Shown: positions 9,315 through 20,158 of the stretch, in pieces
Position numbering within the stretch: position 1 is the stretch's first letter
Layout: every line of letters begins with the position of its first letter
Source of the DNA: Pedosphaera sp.
GTDB lineage: Bacteria; Verrucomicrobiota; Verrucomicrobiia; Limisphaerales; SIBH01
Direction of reading: 5' to 3'
DNA: 64,000 nucleotides
Assembly (NCBI GenBank): GCA_031414955.1
Contig: JANOQV010000123.1
Span: 1 to 64,000, forward strand
The notes under the pieces: generated by a model
Seen by the model: the letters and a program-made list of their open reading frames with translations, nothing else
Databases searched by the model: none
Told to the model about the DNA's origin: nothing
Made by a program: the position numbers and the translations under genes

Positions 9315-10751
9315 TCACTTCGCGCCCGTGCCGAGCAGGACGGCGGGAATGGTGCGGGCCAGGATCTTGAAATCGAGCCACAGGGACCAGTTGTCGATGT
9401 ATTCGAGGTCGAGCCGCACCCAGTCGCGGAAGTCGCGCACCTCATTGCGTCCGCTCACCTGCCAAATACAGGTCAAGCCCGGTTTCATGCTCAGGCGGCG
9501 GCGGTGGGCCAGATCGTCGAAGCGTTCGACTTCATCCACGGGCAGAGGCCGCGGCCCGACCAGGCTCATCTCGCCCTTGAGCACGTTCCAAAGCTGGGGC
9601 CATTCGTCGAGGCTCTTGCGGCGCAGGAAGCGTCCGACCGGGGTGACACGGGGATCGTTCGTGACCTTGAAGACGGGCCCGGTCATTTCGTTGTATTGCT
9701 CCAGCTCTTTCCGTTGCTGCTCGGCGTCGCAGACCATGGTGCGAAACTTGAGCATGGTGAATGGCTCGCCGTGCAGGCCGGCCCGCTTCTGGCGGAAAAG
9801 CACCGGTCCCGGCGAACTGCGCTTGATGAAGATGGCGACGAGGATAAATCCCAGGAACGAGAAAATTAGGAGCACGATGGCCCCAACAATATCAACCAGG
9901 CGTTTGATCACGCTCTGCCAGGAAACGTCGGGTGCAGACTGGAAGACGAGCACGGGCCGGCCATGCAGTTCATCGAACATCATGCGCGAGATGTTGGTCT
10001 TGAAGAAGTCGGCGATCAGCCAGGCTTCCATGCCTTCCAGTTCGCAGGCTTGGATGGCCTTTTCGATTTCGCCGAAATAAGTGTGCTGGGCGTTGATGAT
10101 GATGCCGGTGGCGGAGTGTTCGTGCAGGAGCTTGATCAGGTGCTCCACCGAGGAACTGTTCAAATCAAGCTCCTGGATAATTTCAATGCCATCCTCCGGG
10201 TGCCCCGCGAAGTCGGAGCGCATCTGCTGCGTGTCGGCGGCGGATCCGATGAGGACATACTTCCGGCGGAACTGGGAACTGTTCAGGCCGCGCTTGTAAT
10301 AGGCCCGCAGGATTTCCTCGCTCAGGAAGACCAGGACGCAGCTAAAAACTCCGAAGAGAATGATCACCCCGCGAGCCAGCATGGTCTTGTAGAAGAAGGT
10401 GCAAAGAATCACCCCAATGGTGGTGAAGACCGCGCCCTTGAAGAGCCGCCAGGCGGTGTCGCGGCGGCGGGCAATGAGCGGGCGGTCGTAATAGCCCTGG
10501 GATTCAAGAATCAGGGGCACGGCCGGGATCAAGATCACATAGAGCCATTGGAATTCGGAAAACGGCTCGATGCCACGATCCGGATTGAAACTTTCCCAGC
10601 CGAGTTTCTGGTAGAAATAGCTGCCCAAACCCAGGATGTCATGGTCCCACTGCGTTCGGAACCAGTGGGCCAGCCAGAGCGCGAGGGCGAACAGCCCGGT
10701 GTCTTTGAGCTGGTTGAGTTGGGTCCGCAGTTGGCGATGACGACGCAACAT
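9315..10751 (-). CDS. Polyprenyl glycosylphosphotransferase (WcaJ-like priming sugar transferase of EPS synthesis)
   Basis: N-terminal TMs; KRLVDIV, KFRTM, DPRVTPVGRFLRRKSLDEWPQLWNVLKGEMSLVGPRP, KPGLTCIWQVSGR. Confidence 0.93.
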   Translation of the reverse strand: MLRRHRQLRTQLNQLKDTGLFALALWLAHWFRTQWDHDILGLGSYFYQKLGWESFNPDRGIEPFSEFQWLYVILIPAVPLILESQGYYDRPLIARRRDTAWRLFKGAVFTTIGVILCTFFYKTMLARGVIILFGVFSCVLVFLSEEILRAYYKRGLNSSQFRRKYVLIGSAADTQQMRSDFAGHPEDGIEIIQELDLNSSSVEHLIKLLHEHSATGIIINAQHTYFGEIEKAIQACELEGMEAWLIADFFKTNISRMMFDELHGRPVLVFQSAPDVSWQSVIKRLVDIVGAIVLLIFSFLGFILVAIFIKRSSPGPVLFRQKRAGLHGEPFTMLKFRTMVCDAEQQRKELEQYNEMTGPVFKVTNDPRVTPVGRFLRRKSLDEWPQLWNVLKGEMSLVGPRPLPVDEVERFDDLAHRRRLSMKPGLTCIWQVSGRNEVRDFRDWVRLDLEYIDNWSLWLDFKILARTIPAVLLGTGAK

Positions 10752-10826
10752 AATCAATCAAGCCGGACGCCAGGGGCGGTTGCTTGCGGACGGAAAGGAT
10801 GTTCAAAGCGCCAGGTCATAGCGGGA

Positions 10827-11609
10827 TCAATCGGCTGGCGCGCGCGCGCTCTGAATGGGCGGGCCGGCGGTGAGCTGGAAATCCGGCACCGAGGCGGCAA
10901 TGAAATCCTTCAGCCGCTCATAGGTCTCGTCTTCTGCCCCGGACGCGCACTCCGAGTAACAGATGACATAGGCCCAGCGTTGCAACACGCCGCTCTTGAC
11001 CAAATCCCGCGCCATCCACCACCAGCGCTGTCCGTGATCCGCCGTCAACTGGCCGTCCGCGACGAACCAGTAGATGAACACTCCGGCCACCGTGACGTCG
11101 TGGCCGGATGCATCCTTTTGCACCCGGGACAATTTGATCCTGGTCACCGGCAAGTCGTACGGATGAGGGCGTGGGATCCGAATTCGATCCTTCTCGGAAA
11201 GCTGGGGCGTGAAACCCGTGGCCGGGAGGCACGCCTCGGGCGGATGAATGCTCGACCGGTCTGAACCCATCAACACCACCTGATAATCAATCCAGGCCTC
11301 ATCCCCACGCCGGTAAAAGCGCCGGCCATAGGTCGTGTCCCCGGGCAGGTTGAGGAGAACCTCGCGAGTCATGGGACCTGGGCGGGAGGAATAATCAAGC
11401 ACACGCTCGGGCAGAAACACGCTCCGGTTGGTGTAGATCACGGGCGGGTTGGTGGGCGCCCTGGAATCCACGCTGTAGAGCGGTTCATCCACGACGCGCA
11501 ACCCGGGGCGACCCAACCGCTGGCTGCGCCCCTTATTTTTCAGAAAGGCCGACGTCACGCCCATCAGCGCGAGCGCGATCACCCCAACCAGGAGCGCCCG
11601 CCGGTTCAC
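10827..11609 (-). CDS. Exosortase-associated EpsI-family protein
   Basis: N-terminal TM, SIHPPEACLPATG and YWFV motifs; overlaps the exosortase stop. Confidence 0.8.
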   Translation of the reverse strand: MNRRALLVGVIALALMGVTSAFLKNKGRSQRLGRPGLRVVDEPLYSVDSRAPTNPPVIYTNRSVFLPERVLDYSSRPGPMTREVLLNLPGDTTYGRRFYRRGDEAWIDYQVVLMGSDRSSIHPPEACLPATGFTPQLSEKDRIRIPRPHPYDLPVTRIKLSRVQKDASGHDVTVAGVFIYWFVADGQLTADHGQRWWWMARDLVKSGVLQRWAYVICYSECASGAEDETYERLKDFIAASVPDFQLTAGPPIQSARAPAD

Positions 11610-12562
11610 GGGGTCACCTCCGGCCCAGACGGTGGCTCATCCCGCAACCATCGCCCCATCAAGACCAGGCCGATCATCACCGGAATGTACGGCACCAGGC
11701 TGAACAGCCAGTGTTCGTGAACATAATCGCCCGTGGCTTGGCCGTAGTTCTCCGCCGCGATCACGATGGTCATCAGACGCAACGAATTCCCCATCACCGC
11801 CAGCGGGATGGCCAGGCCGATAAGCAGCACCCGTTTCCAAGTCCAGGTAAAGCTGATGAAGGCAAAAATACAGGCCAGGGCCAGCATGGTGGTGAGACTG
11901 CGCAACCCGCTGCACGCCACCTCCACATTGTATTGGTAGCGCCCCGCCGGATCGAGGATGCGCGTGCCCTGCTGGATGACATCGATGCCCATCACATGGC
12001 TGACGGCCACGGTGATGGAGGTCGCGAGATGACGCAGGGGGAGCGTGATTCGCTCCGCGTAATTATTGAACGGCATGGTGAACGCGAAGAGGAAGTAGGG
12101 GAAAAAAGTGGCCTTCATCCAGACTGGTCCCCAAAGCAGCCCGGTGAGCGCGTATAGCCCGACGAAGAACGCGACCAGCGAAACGCGCTGCTGCTGCACC
12201 ATGTAGCCGAGAACATGGAGCAAGAGTGCGAACAGGATCAGAAGCAGTCCCGGCCACCAAATGTCCTTGCGCACCTCCATCAAGGCGGCGCGTTTCCACC
12301 ACATTAAAGCGAGCACGACGACGGGAATAAATTTACCGATGCTCTCGTCCGGGGCGAAATGGTAAAGCTGCCCGAGCCATTCAAAAATGGAAGGCGTGGC
12401 GACATGCCCTCCGTAGCCAAGCACGCCGCTGCCCACGTAATGAAACAGGGCCAACCACGCCCCGAGCAGCACCAGGAAAAGCCCTTTGTGCGGCAACCGC
12501 CCGCCAAAGGCGCGCAGCTCGGCCACGAACCCCATCGTTCCATTATTCTTTTCCACCGACAT
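11606..12562 (-). CDS. Exosortase (exosortase/archaeosortase family)
   Basis: Multi-TM protein with the catalytic-triad motifs VEVACSGLRSL (Cys), GNSLR (Arg), YVHEH (His). Confidence 0.9.
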   Translation of the reverse strand: MSVEKNNGTMGFVAELRAFGGRLPHKGLFLVLLGAWLALFHYVGSGVLGYGGHVATPSIFEWLGQLYHFAPDESIGKFIPVVVLALMWWKRAALMEVRKDIWWPGLLLILFALLLHVLGYMVQQQRVSLVAFFVGLYALTGLLWGPVWMKATFFPYFLFAFTMPFNNYAERITLPLRHLATSITVAVSHVMGIDVIQQGTRILDPAGRYQYNVEVACSGLRSLTTMLALACIFAFISFTWTWKRVLLIGLAIPLAVMGNSLRLMTIVIAAENYGQATGDYVHEHWLFSLVPYIPVMIGLVLMGRWLRDEPPSGPEVTP

Positions 12563-12817
12563 GTGCTTCTCTGATCCCATTCCGGCCCGCCCGTTCAAAT
12601 AAAAATCCCCGGCCCAGCCCTCCGGCCGGCCGGGCCGAACCCGGTTCACCACCACCTGCGCGCTCCGATTTATAAGTCGCTGCGCGCTTGGGCTAAAAAA
12701 CCTTACCGCGAATGCCCTGGCTCTGTCCCCCGGTCTTTGGCTTACACGACGGAACCACCCGCCCCCGGGCATTCGCACTGGAACGCGGACGATCCGGGCC
12801 TGACTCGCGACACTCCA

Positions 12818-14188
12818 TCAAAGGAGAATTCCGGCAATGGCAGCGTTGAGCAACGTGGCCACGAATCCAACGAACAAGGCGCGCAATCCCAGCCGGGCCA
12901 AATCCCCGCGCCGCTCCGGGGCCATGGCCCCGATGCCGCCAAGCTGGATGCCGACCGAGGCGAAGTTCGCAAAACCCGTCAGGGCGAAAGTCGCGAGCAA
13001 ATAGGAACGATCCGCCATGTAGCCGACGTTGGCCTTCCAGCCCTTCATAACGAGGTAAGCGTAGTGTTCATTGATGGCGAGCTTCGCGCCCAGCAGGCTG
13101 CCCACCTTGGAAATGTCGTTCAACTCCACCCCCATGAGGAAGGCCGCCGGGGAGAACATCCAGCCGAAGATTTTCTGCAAGGACAGATCTTTGGAGATGA
13201 TTCCAAGCAGGGCATCGAACATGGCCACGAAGGCGATAAACACAATCAGCATGGCCGCCACGTTGAGCGCCAACCGCAGGCCGTCGGAGGTGCCGGAGGC
13301 GGCGGCATCGATCCCGTTGGCGTGCGGAGACTTTTCGCTTTGCGTCCGCACCGTGCCGGCGGTTTCCGGCTGCGCCCGCTCCGGCATGAAGAGCTTGGCG
13401 AGATAGAGACTGCACGGACAGGCCATGATGCACGTCGTCAGCACGGCGACCGGATCCGCGCCGTAGTTGATGTAGACGACCATCATGCCGCCCGAGATGT
13501 GCGCGAAGCCGCTGGTCATGAGCGCGAAGAGTTCCGAACTGGTCATGCGCGGAAGGTAAGGCTTCACGATGAGCGGGGCCTCGGTCTGGCCCATGAACAC
13601 ATTCGCCGACACCGAGAGCGTCTCGGCCCCGCTCGTGCCCATGAGATGCACCATCAGGCGGGCCATCAGCCGGACGATGCGCTGCAAGATTCCATAGTGG
13701 TAAAGCACGGTGAAGAAAGCCGAGAGGAACAGAATCGGCGGCAGCGCCTTGAAGGCGAAGATGAAGATGAATTCCTTGCCGGGGTTGAGCGCCAGGTCAC
13801 CAGGACGCGCGAGATTGCCAAAGACAAACTCGGCGCCCACGTCCGAGAAATCGATGAAACTGACCACCACGGCTTTCACATGCTCGAACCCGGCCTTGAC
13901 GATGGGCACCTTCAGCACCAACACCGCGAGCACAAGCTGGAGCACGATGCCCCAGCCGATGGTGCGCCAGTTGACCGCGCGCAGATTGGTGGAAAACATC
14001 GCCACCAGTCCGAAGAAGCAAAAAAACCCGGCAATCGCCTGACCGCGCAGGCCGATGACCTCTCGCGCGGCAAAGGCCGCGAGGCCAACCATCACCATGG
14101 CCGCGCCAATCGCCAGACGCCACAGGAAGGGCGTCGGGACCAGGCCGGGGGCCGAAGGTGAACTTGTTTGGAACTGCACGCGCCGCAC
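12818..14188 (-). CDS. Concentrative nucleoside transporter (CNT/NupC family)
   Basis: VNWRTIGWGIVLQ, ANVFMGQTEAPL, MTSGFAHISGG, ATFALTGFANFASVGIQLGG; exact start uncertain. Confidence 0.92.
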   Translation of the reverse strand: MRRVQFQTSSPSAPGLVPTPFLWRLAIGAAMVMVGLAAFAAREVIGLRGQAIAGFFCFFGLVAMFSTNLRAVNWRTIGWGIVLQLVLAVLVLKVPIVKAGFEHVKAVVVSFIDFSDVGAEFVFGNLARPGDLALNPGKEFIFIFAFKALPPILFLSAFFTVLYHYGILQRIVRLMARLMVHLMGTSGAETLSVSANVFMGQTEAPLIVKPYLPRMTSSELFALMTSGFAHISGGMMVVYINYGADPVAVLTTCIMACPCSLYLAKLFMPERAQPETAGTVRTQSEKSPHANGIDAAASGTSDGLRLALNVAAMLIVFIAFVAMFDALLGIISKDLSLQKIFGWMFSPAAFLMGVELNDISKVGSLLGAKLAINEHYAYLVMKGWKANVGYMADRSYLLATFALTGFANFASVGIQLGGIGAMAPERRGDLARLGLRALFVGFVATLLNAAIAGILL

Positions 14189-14262
14189 CGTAATTATCTC
14201 CGCCGCGCGAGTCGAGCCGGGAGAAAGGTCTCTTTGTGCTTTGGGGCCGGGTGTTTTAGAAA

Positions 14263-15741
14263 GTGCCCCTCGTGTTGCCCAAGAAACATTTCTACCTGGC
14301 CATCGACCTCGGCGCGGAAAGCGGGCGCGTCATGCTCGGCACGCTCACCGACGACAGAATCTCGCTGGCGGAAGTGCATCGCTTCCCGAACCACCTCCGG
14401 CGCGCAGGCGCGTCGCTGCACTGGGACATCCCCGCCCTCTTCCAAGAAGTAAAGTCCGGCCTGCGTCAGGCCGGGGCTTTGAAGCTGCCCATCGCCAGCG
14501 TGAGCACGGACTCGTGGGGCATCGATTATGTGCTGCTTGATGAAGCCGGCGAGATCATGCCGCCCGCGTTCCACTACCGCGACCCGCGCACCGCCCGCGG
14601 CGTCCAGCGAGTACGCTCAATGGTTCCGTGGCCCGAGGTCTTCGCCGAAACCGGCATCCAGTTCATGCCGCTCAACACGATTTATCAACTTGCGGCTGAA
14701 GATCCGACCCGGCTCAGTAGCGCACGACAACTGCTCCCCATGGCCGACGCTTTCAACTACTTCCTCAGTGGCGTGCCCCGCGCCGAAGAATCCCTGGCCA
14801 GCACCACCCAGCTCTACAATCCGCGCACCCGCGATTGGTCGCCCAAGTTGCTTTCGGTCCTTGGATTCCCGCGAGCGGTTTTTCCTCCCATCGTCCCGTC
14901 CGGATCGAAACTTGGCACCGTCCGTCCGGAGTTGGCGCGGGAACTTGGATTGTCGCCGCTCGAAGTCATCGCCACTTGCTCGCACGACACTGGCGCGGCC
15001 GTCGCGGCAGCACCCGGGGACGGCGACGACTGGGCCTATCTCAGTTCCGGCACCTGGTCGCTGCTGGGTGCGGAGTTGCGCACCCCGCTGCTCACCGACC
15101 GTTGCCGCGATTTCAACTTCACCAACGAGATCGGCCACGGCGGGACGGTGCGACTGTTGAAGAATCTCGTCGGCCTTTGGATCGTGCAGGAATGCCGACG
15201 CGAATGGGGCCGACAGGGGCACGAGTACGATTACGCCACGCTGATGAGCCTGGCCGAAGCCGCGCCCGCTTTCACTGCACTCATCAACTCCGACGAGGCG
15301 CGCTTCCTCGCGCCCGGAAACATGCCCCAGAAGATTGCCGCCTACTGTCACGAGACAAACCAGCCTGCGCCCACGACCCCCGGGGCGACGGTGCGGTGCA
15401 TCCTGGAAAGCCTTGCGCTCGCGTACCGCCGCACGTTGGCCCAACTCGAGGAACTGGTCGGTCACTCGATCAGCCGCCTGCACCTCGTGGGCGGCGGCAG
15501 CCAGAGCGCCTTGCTGAACCAGTTCACCGCCAACGCCCTCGGCATCCCGGTGCTGGCCGGACCGGTCGAAGCCACCGCGCTGGGTAACGTGCTGCTCCAG
15601 GCCATCAGCCTTGGCCATCTGCCCTCGCTCGCCGCAGCGCGCGAGTTGGTGAGAAACTCTTTCCCAATCATCCGCTTCGACCCGCGCAATCGGACAGAGT
15701 GGGACCAGGCCGCGCAGAAAATCCCGACCAAAATTGAGTGA
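14263..15741 (+). CDS. rhaB: Rhamnulokinase / FGGY-family carbohydrate kinase
   Basis: AIDLGAESGR, DSWGIDY, HYRDPRT, TGIQFMPLNTIYQL, SHDTG, YLSSGTWSL, FTNE, GGGSQS. Confidence 0.85.
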   Translation: MPLVLPKKHFYLAIDLGAESGRVMLGTLTDDRISLAEVHRFPNHLRRAGASLHWDIPALFQEVKSGLRQAGALKLPIASVSTDSWGIDYVLLDEAGEIMPPAFHYRDPRTARGVQRVRSMVPWPEVFAETGIQFMPLNTIYQLAAEDPTRLSSARQLLPMADAFNYFLSGVPRAEESLASTTQLYNPRTRDWSPKLLSVLGFPRAVFPPIVPSGSKLGTVRPELARELGLSPLEVIATCSHDTGAAVAAAPGDGDDWAYLSSGTWSLLGAELRTPLLTDRCRDFNFTNEIGHGGTVRLLKNLVGLWIVQECRREWGRQGHEYDYATLMSLAEAAPAFTALINSDEARFLAPGNMPQKIAAYCHETNQPAPTTPGATVRCILESLALAYRRTLAQLEELVGHSISRLHLVGGGSQSALLNQFTANALGIPVLAGPVEATALGNVLLQAISLGHLPSLAAARELVRNSFPIIRFDPRNRTEWDQAAQKIPTKIE

Positions 15742-15772
15742 TCTGCCCAGAAGCAGAACGGGGCGAATCAAC

Positions 15773-16930
15773 CTAGAAGGCGCGTTCGAGAATTTCGCGC
15801 AACTGAGCCGGCGTCAGTTCCACCGGATTGCCCTTCATGCTGCTCGACTCGATCGCCATGTCGGCGAGCAGGTCGAAGTCGGCTTGCTGAACTCCGAGCG
15901 CCCCCAATCGTTGCACCTTCAAGTCACGGCCCAGGCCGCGGAGCCAGGGCAGGCTGTCGGCGGCGCGGGCCGTGGCCACACCCGTCAGGAGCCGGGCCAG
16001 GTCATTGAAGCGACGCAAAAGTTCCAGCGCCTTCTGTTCTTGAGCAGCGCGGATGTTCATCTCCAGCACTTCGGGCAGCAGCGCGGCGCAGACGGCCCCG
16101 TGCGGAGCTGAGTAGAGGCCACCGACAGGCCCGGCCAAACCATGCACCGCGCCCAAACCAGCATTGGCCAGGGCCAGACCTCCGCACAGGCTGGCCAGCG
16201 CCATGTCGCTGCGGGCGGCGGCGTCCACACCGTTCTCGAAGGCGCGCTTCAACGAGCGCGCCGCGCGCGGCAACGACTCGCGGCAGAGCGCATCGGACAC
16301 CGGATTGGCGCGCTTGGAAACGAAGGCCTCGATCAACTGCGTGAGGGCATCCAACCCGGTGCTGGCCGTGAGGGCGGGCGGCAGGCCGTGGGTGAGTTCC
16401 GGGTCCACCAGCGCGAGCGAGGGCAGCATCGCTGGACTGCGCAGGCTCACCTTGACCCGATGCTCCGGCGAATGGAGCACGGCATTGCGGGTCACTTCCG
16501 CCCCAGTGCCAGCCGTGGTTGGCACCGCCATTAAGGGCAGACTTGGCTCCGTCAATGGCTGCGCCTGTCCAATCACCTCCAGGTAGTCGAGGAGATCGCG
16601 CTGATTGTTCACCAGCGCGGCGATGGCCTTGCCGGCATCCAGGACACTGCCGCCACCGAAGGCGAGCACCCACTGAACCTGGCTCGCGCGCGCGCTTTCC
16701 GCTCCCGCCTTGACCAAATCAATCGTCGGCTCGCCACGGACCGCGAGGTGGTTGACCACGAAGCCCTGCTGGCGCAAGGGTGCCACATGACGCAGCCAGC
16801 GGACGGGATCGTGGCCGGTCACGACGAAAACGCGTTTCCCAAACGGTTGAGCCAGAACCGGCAGTTCAGCGATCCGACCACTCCCGAAAACAATCCGGGC
16901 CGCGGTGGCAAATTCAAAGGGAGTCACCAT
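15773..16930 (-). CDS. Iron-containing alcohol dehydrogenase
   Basis: [46 protein letters not shown]. Confidence 0.92.
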   Translation of the reverse strand: MVTPFEFATAARIVFGSGRIAELPVLAQPFGKRVFVVTGHDPVRWLRHVAPLRQQGFVVNHLAVRGEPTIDLVKAGAESARASQVQWVLAFGGGSVLDAGKAIAALVNNQRDLLDYLEVIGQAQPLTEPSLPLMAVPTTAGTGAEVTRNAVLHSPEHRVKVSLRSPAMLPSLALVDPELTHGLPPALTASTGLDALTQLIEAFVSKRANPVSDALCRESLPRAARSLKRAFENGVDAAARSDMALASLCGGLALANAGLGAVHGLAGPVGGLYSAPHGAVCAALLPEVLEMNIRAAQEQKALELLRRFNDLARLLTGVATARAADSLPWLRGLGRDLKVQRLGALGVQQADFDLLADMAIESSSMKGNPVELTPAQLREILERAF

Positions 16931-17229
16931 CCGGCCTCCTCGGGAAAGACGTGGTCATATTTCACGCTGCGGCGTGGCTCGACCATCATGTCAGCCACGG
17001 TGTCGCGCCACGCCTGGTAATGGGCGGTTTCCTTGTGCGCGGCGGGAGCCTGCTCATCGCGGTAAACCTCCACCAGCGTGAAGCGCGCCGGTTCGTCCCG
17101 CTCCTGCACCACATCAAACCGGGCGATGCCAGGTTCCAGGCGGCTCTGCCGGGCATTCTCAAGCGTGGCCCGAAGGAACGCCTCTGTGAAACCGGGCTTT
17201 ATGTGAACGTGAACATGAACGACGAGCAT
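16924..17229 (-). CDS. Antibiotic-biosynthesis-monooxygenase-family protein (LsrG-like)
   Basis: [13 protein letters not shown]...[12 protein letters not shown]...[18 protein letters not shown]; overlaps the ADH start. Confidence 0.85.
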   Translation of the reverse strand: MLVVHVHVHIKPGFTEAFLRATLENARQSRLEPGIARFDVVQERDEPARFTLVEVYRDEQAPAAHKETAHYQAWRDTVADMMVEPRRSVKYDHVFPEEAGW

Positions 17230-17493
17230 GATGCATTTCCCAATCTCTGTTTTTAACTGGCGCATGAAATGCCGGAATCGGGCCTGACATGCAACCACCA
17301 TTCCATCTCCGCCCCATCCACCAACGCCGGGCACGAAACCGGAAAAACAGGCGGCCTCCGGTGTGGGCGCAGCTTGCGGGAACTCCAGCCTGTCCTGGGA
17401 CAAAACAGTTTGAGATTTGTGCTCAGGAAGCCGACCGCACAGGCCGATAAACCTATCAGCGTGGTTTGGGTTTTTTTCCACGCTGCCAGAAGC

Positions 17494-17527
17494 AAGCCCG
17501 TCCCGCCCTGGGGCGGGCTTTTTGTTT
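17494..17527 (+). terminator. Intrinsic terminator-like hairpin upstream of cobA-hemD
   Basis: aagcccgtccc-gccct-ggggcgggctt followed by tttgttt. Confidence 0.6.
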
Positions 17528-17640
17528 CCATTCAGCGGCCACGCATCACAATCCAGCGCACCAGACCCGACCTGCTCGGCCCGGCTTCGTCTGGCATTTG
17601 GAGTTTGGTGTTTTGCAGCTCCCGGCTACCCTCGTCGCCG

Positions 17641-19167
17641 ATGAAAAAAGGCACGGTTTATTTGGTGGGTGCAGGACCTGGCGAGGCGGGGTTGCTGACC
17701 ATGCGCGGCGCGGAATTGCTCGGGCGCGCGGACGTGGTCGTCTTTGACGGCCTGGTCAATCGCGAACTCTTGCGCCTCGCCCCCAAGACGGCTGAGTTCA
17801 TCTTTGGTGGCAAACGGCCCAAGGAACTCGCCCGGCCCCAGGAGGAATTGAACGCGTTGCTCATCACCAAGGCCCGCGAAGGCAAGACCGTGGTTCGCTT
17901 GAAGGGCGGCGATCCTTACGTCTTCGGTCGCGGCGGCGAAGAGGCCGAGGAACTCGTGGCGGCCAAGGTTCCCTTCGAGGTGGTGCCCGGGGTTTCCTCG
18001 GTCATGGCTGCGCCGAACTACGCCGGCATTCCGCTCACCCACCGCGATCATTGCTCCAGCTTCACCGTCATCACCGGCCACGAAGATCCCGACAAGGAAG
18101 ATACGGCGCTCGATTGGCACCAAATCGCCAAGGCCCCCGGCACCAAAGTGGTGCTGATGGGTGTGACCCGCATGAAAGCCATCGCCCAATCCCTCCAGGA
18201 CGCGGGCCTGCCCGGCGACACGCCGGTGGCCATGGTGCGCTGGGGCACGACCGGCCGGCAGCAATCCATCGAGGGCACGCTGGCCACCATCGCCGAGGTC
18301 ATCGCGGCCAAGGGCTTCAAGCCGCCAGCCCTCGCGGTCATTGGCAGCGTGGTGAAGCTGCGCGGCAAGTTGAACTGGTTCGAGCGCCGGCCGCTCTTCG
18401 GCCAACGCATCGTCGTCACGCGCAGTCGCGGTCAAGCCAGCCAGTTGGCGCAACAATTCACCGAACGCGGCGCGGAGGTGCTGGAAATTCCCACCATCCG
18501 CCTGGAGGCGCCGGACGACCGCCTGGCTCTGGCCGAATGCATGGCCGGCCTGGGCGAATACGACTGGGTAATCTTCACCAGTCCCAACGGCGTCACCCAG
18601 TTCTTCGAGTATTTCTTCAAGAGCTTCGACGACGTGCGGGCGTTGGGCGCATTGCGCTTCGCGGCGGTCGGCCCGGCCACGGCGGCGAAGTTGAAAGAGT
18701 TGCACCTCAAGGTGGACCTGGTGCCGGAGGAGTCTGTCAGCAACAAGATCGCCGCCGCCTTCAAGGCTTATCAGGACATTGAGAATGTCCGCATCCTCCT
18801 GCTCCGCGCCCAGGTCGCCAACCCTGAATTGGCCGGCGCACTGGAGGAACATGGCGCCATTGTGGACGATGTGGCGGTTTACAAAACCGTCCCGGAGACC
18901 GACGACATCACGGGGACCGCCGCGCGACTTTTGGAGGAAGGCGCGGATTGGATCACTTTTACCAGTGCCTCGACGGTGCAGAATTTCCAAGCGCGTTATC
19001 CGCTGCCCGCCCTGCTGAAAAAGTTTCCCCGGCTTCGCACCGCCTCCATCGGTCCGGAAACCAGCAAAGCGCTCCGCCAGTTGGGACTGGAGCCAACAGT
19101 CGAAGCCAGGATCCACACCATCGAAGGCTTGGCCAAAGCAGTGGAAACGGCCCCGGCTCGTTCGTAG
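17641..19167 (+). CDS. cobA: Bifunctional uroporphyrinogen-III C-methyltransferase / uroporphyrinogen-III synthase (CobA-HemD)
   Basis: VYLVGAGPG, VVRLKGGDPYVFGRGGEE, then HemD-like RIVVTR, IFTSPNGV, FTSASTV, SIGPET. Confidence 0.93.
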   Translation: MKKGTVYLVGAGPGEAGLLTMRGAELLGRADVVVFDGLVNRELLRLAPKTAEFIFGGKRPKELARPQEELNALLITKAREGKTVVRLKGGDPYVFGRGGEEAEELVAAKVPFEVVPGVSSVMAAPNYAGIPLTHRDHCSSFTVITGHEDPDKEDTALDWHQIAKAPGTKVVLMGVTRMKAIAQSLQDAGLPGDTPVAMVRWGTTGRQQSIEGTLATIAEVIAAKGFKPPALAVIGSVVKLRGKLNWFERRPLFGQRIVVTRSRGQASQLAQQFTERGAEVLEIPTIRLEAPDDRLALAECMAGLGEYDWVIFTSPNGVTQFFEYFFKSFDDVRALGALRFAAVGPATAAKLKELHLKVDLVPEESVSNKIAAAFKAYQDIENVRILLLRAQVANPELAGALEEHGAIVDDVAVYKTVPETDDITGTAARLLEEGADWITFTSASTVQNFQARYPLPALLKKFPRLRTASIGPETSKALRQLGLEPTVEARIHTIEGLAKAVETAPARS

Positions 19168-19300
19168 CGCAGAACCTCCGGGCGCAAGAGGGGCGGGGCC
19201 GGGCGAGCCACCTTTCGTCCGCGCGCTGCGGCGAAGAATAAACCTTCGCCCGCGCCTCCAAAGAAAGGTCCACAGAAGGCGGTTGGCCCGCCGGCAGGAG

Positions 19301-20152
19301 TTACGACTTGATGTCGCGCAACTGAAAGGCGGTGCCGGCGATGACGAGACAGGTGGCGTTGAAGCCGGCGAGCACGATCAGAGACCCGGCGATGCGCGCC
19401 CAGTCGATCGGCTGACCGTAAACCGAGACCCACGCACGGAAGTGATGCAGCAGCATGTAGGGCCGGTATTCGGCGAGCGCCGGAATGCTTTCGAGGACCA
19501 GGTTCAGCAGCAGAAATGACAGCGCGAGCACGGTGGCGGCAGCGGGCTTCATGTTGAAGCAGCCGAAGGTGAACGCAATCGTCATCATGGTGCTGGCATT
19601 GATGGCGAGAAACAGATGCGAGACCGCATAAAGTTTTAGCCCCTGGGCCGCGGTCAGGATGCTGAAGATGTGTTCCGGGTCGGGGATAAACACAAACATG
19701 CCGCGCCAGGGGAACCACAGCCGGGCGAAGATCAGCGCCATCAGCCCCAGAGCCACAACCTGCACCGCCGAGAACACCACGCCGGAAAGCCATTTCACGA
19801 GCAACAGCCGCACGCGCGACACGGGCCGGCACAAGATCATGCGCAGCGTGCCATCCTCGGCTTCCTTGGCCACGAGGTCGCCGCCGATCAGGCCGGTGTA
19901 GAGCGGCATGAGCAGCAGAACCTGGGGAAAGAGCATGATGAGCGCGACGCTCAGCGCGGAGACGTAATCCTCGACGAGGTAGCCATTGTTCGAAAGCATC
20001 CGGTCGTAGAACGAGCGCCAGCCCTTGCCGAACTGGAACATGAGCAGCATCGCGTTCTGCGCCACGAGGAACACGCCCAGGCCGATGTAAGTGCGCTTTT
20101 TGGCGAAGAGCTTCCACAGCTCGTTGCGAAATTGGAGAAGGAACATTTTCAA
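19301..20152 (-). CDS. ABC-2-type transporter permease
   Basis: Six-TM pattern with GDLVAKEAEDGTLRMILCRPVSRVRLLLVK. Confidence 0.85.
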   Translation of the reverse strand: MKMFLLQFRNELWKLFAKKRTYIGLGVFLVAQNAMLLMFQFGKGWRSFYDRMLSNNGYLVEDYVSALSVALIMLFPQVLLLMPLYTGLIGGDLVAKEAEDGTLRMILCRPVSRVRLLLVKWLSGVVFSAVQVVALGLMALIFARLWFPWRGMFVFIPDPEHIFSILTAAQGLKLYAVSHLFLAINASTMMTIAFTFGCFNMKPAAATVLALSFLLLNLVLESIPALAEYRPYMLLHHFRAWVSVYGQPIDWARIAGSLIVLAGFNATCLVIAGTAFQLRDIKS

Positions 20153-20158
20153 TGGACG

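Noticed and set aside
17269..17640. N-terminal extensions in the ORF track (cobA, also pheT, tilS, exosortase, M23 protein)
   Set aside because: Family homology or signal peptides begin at downstream starts, and the extensions overlap other features.
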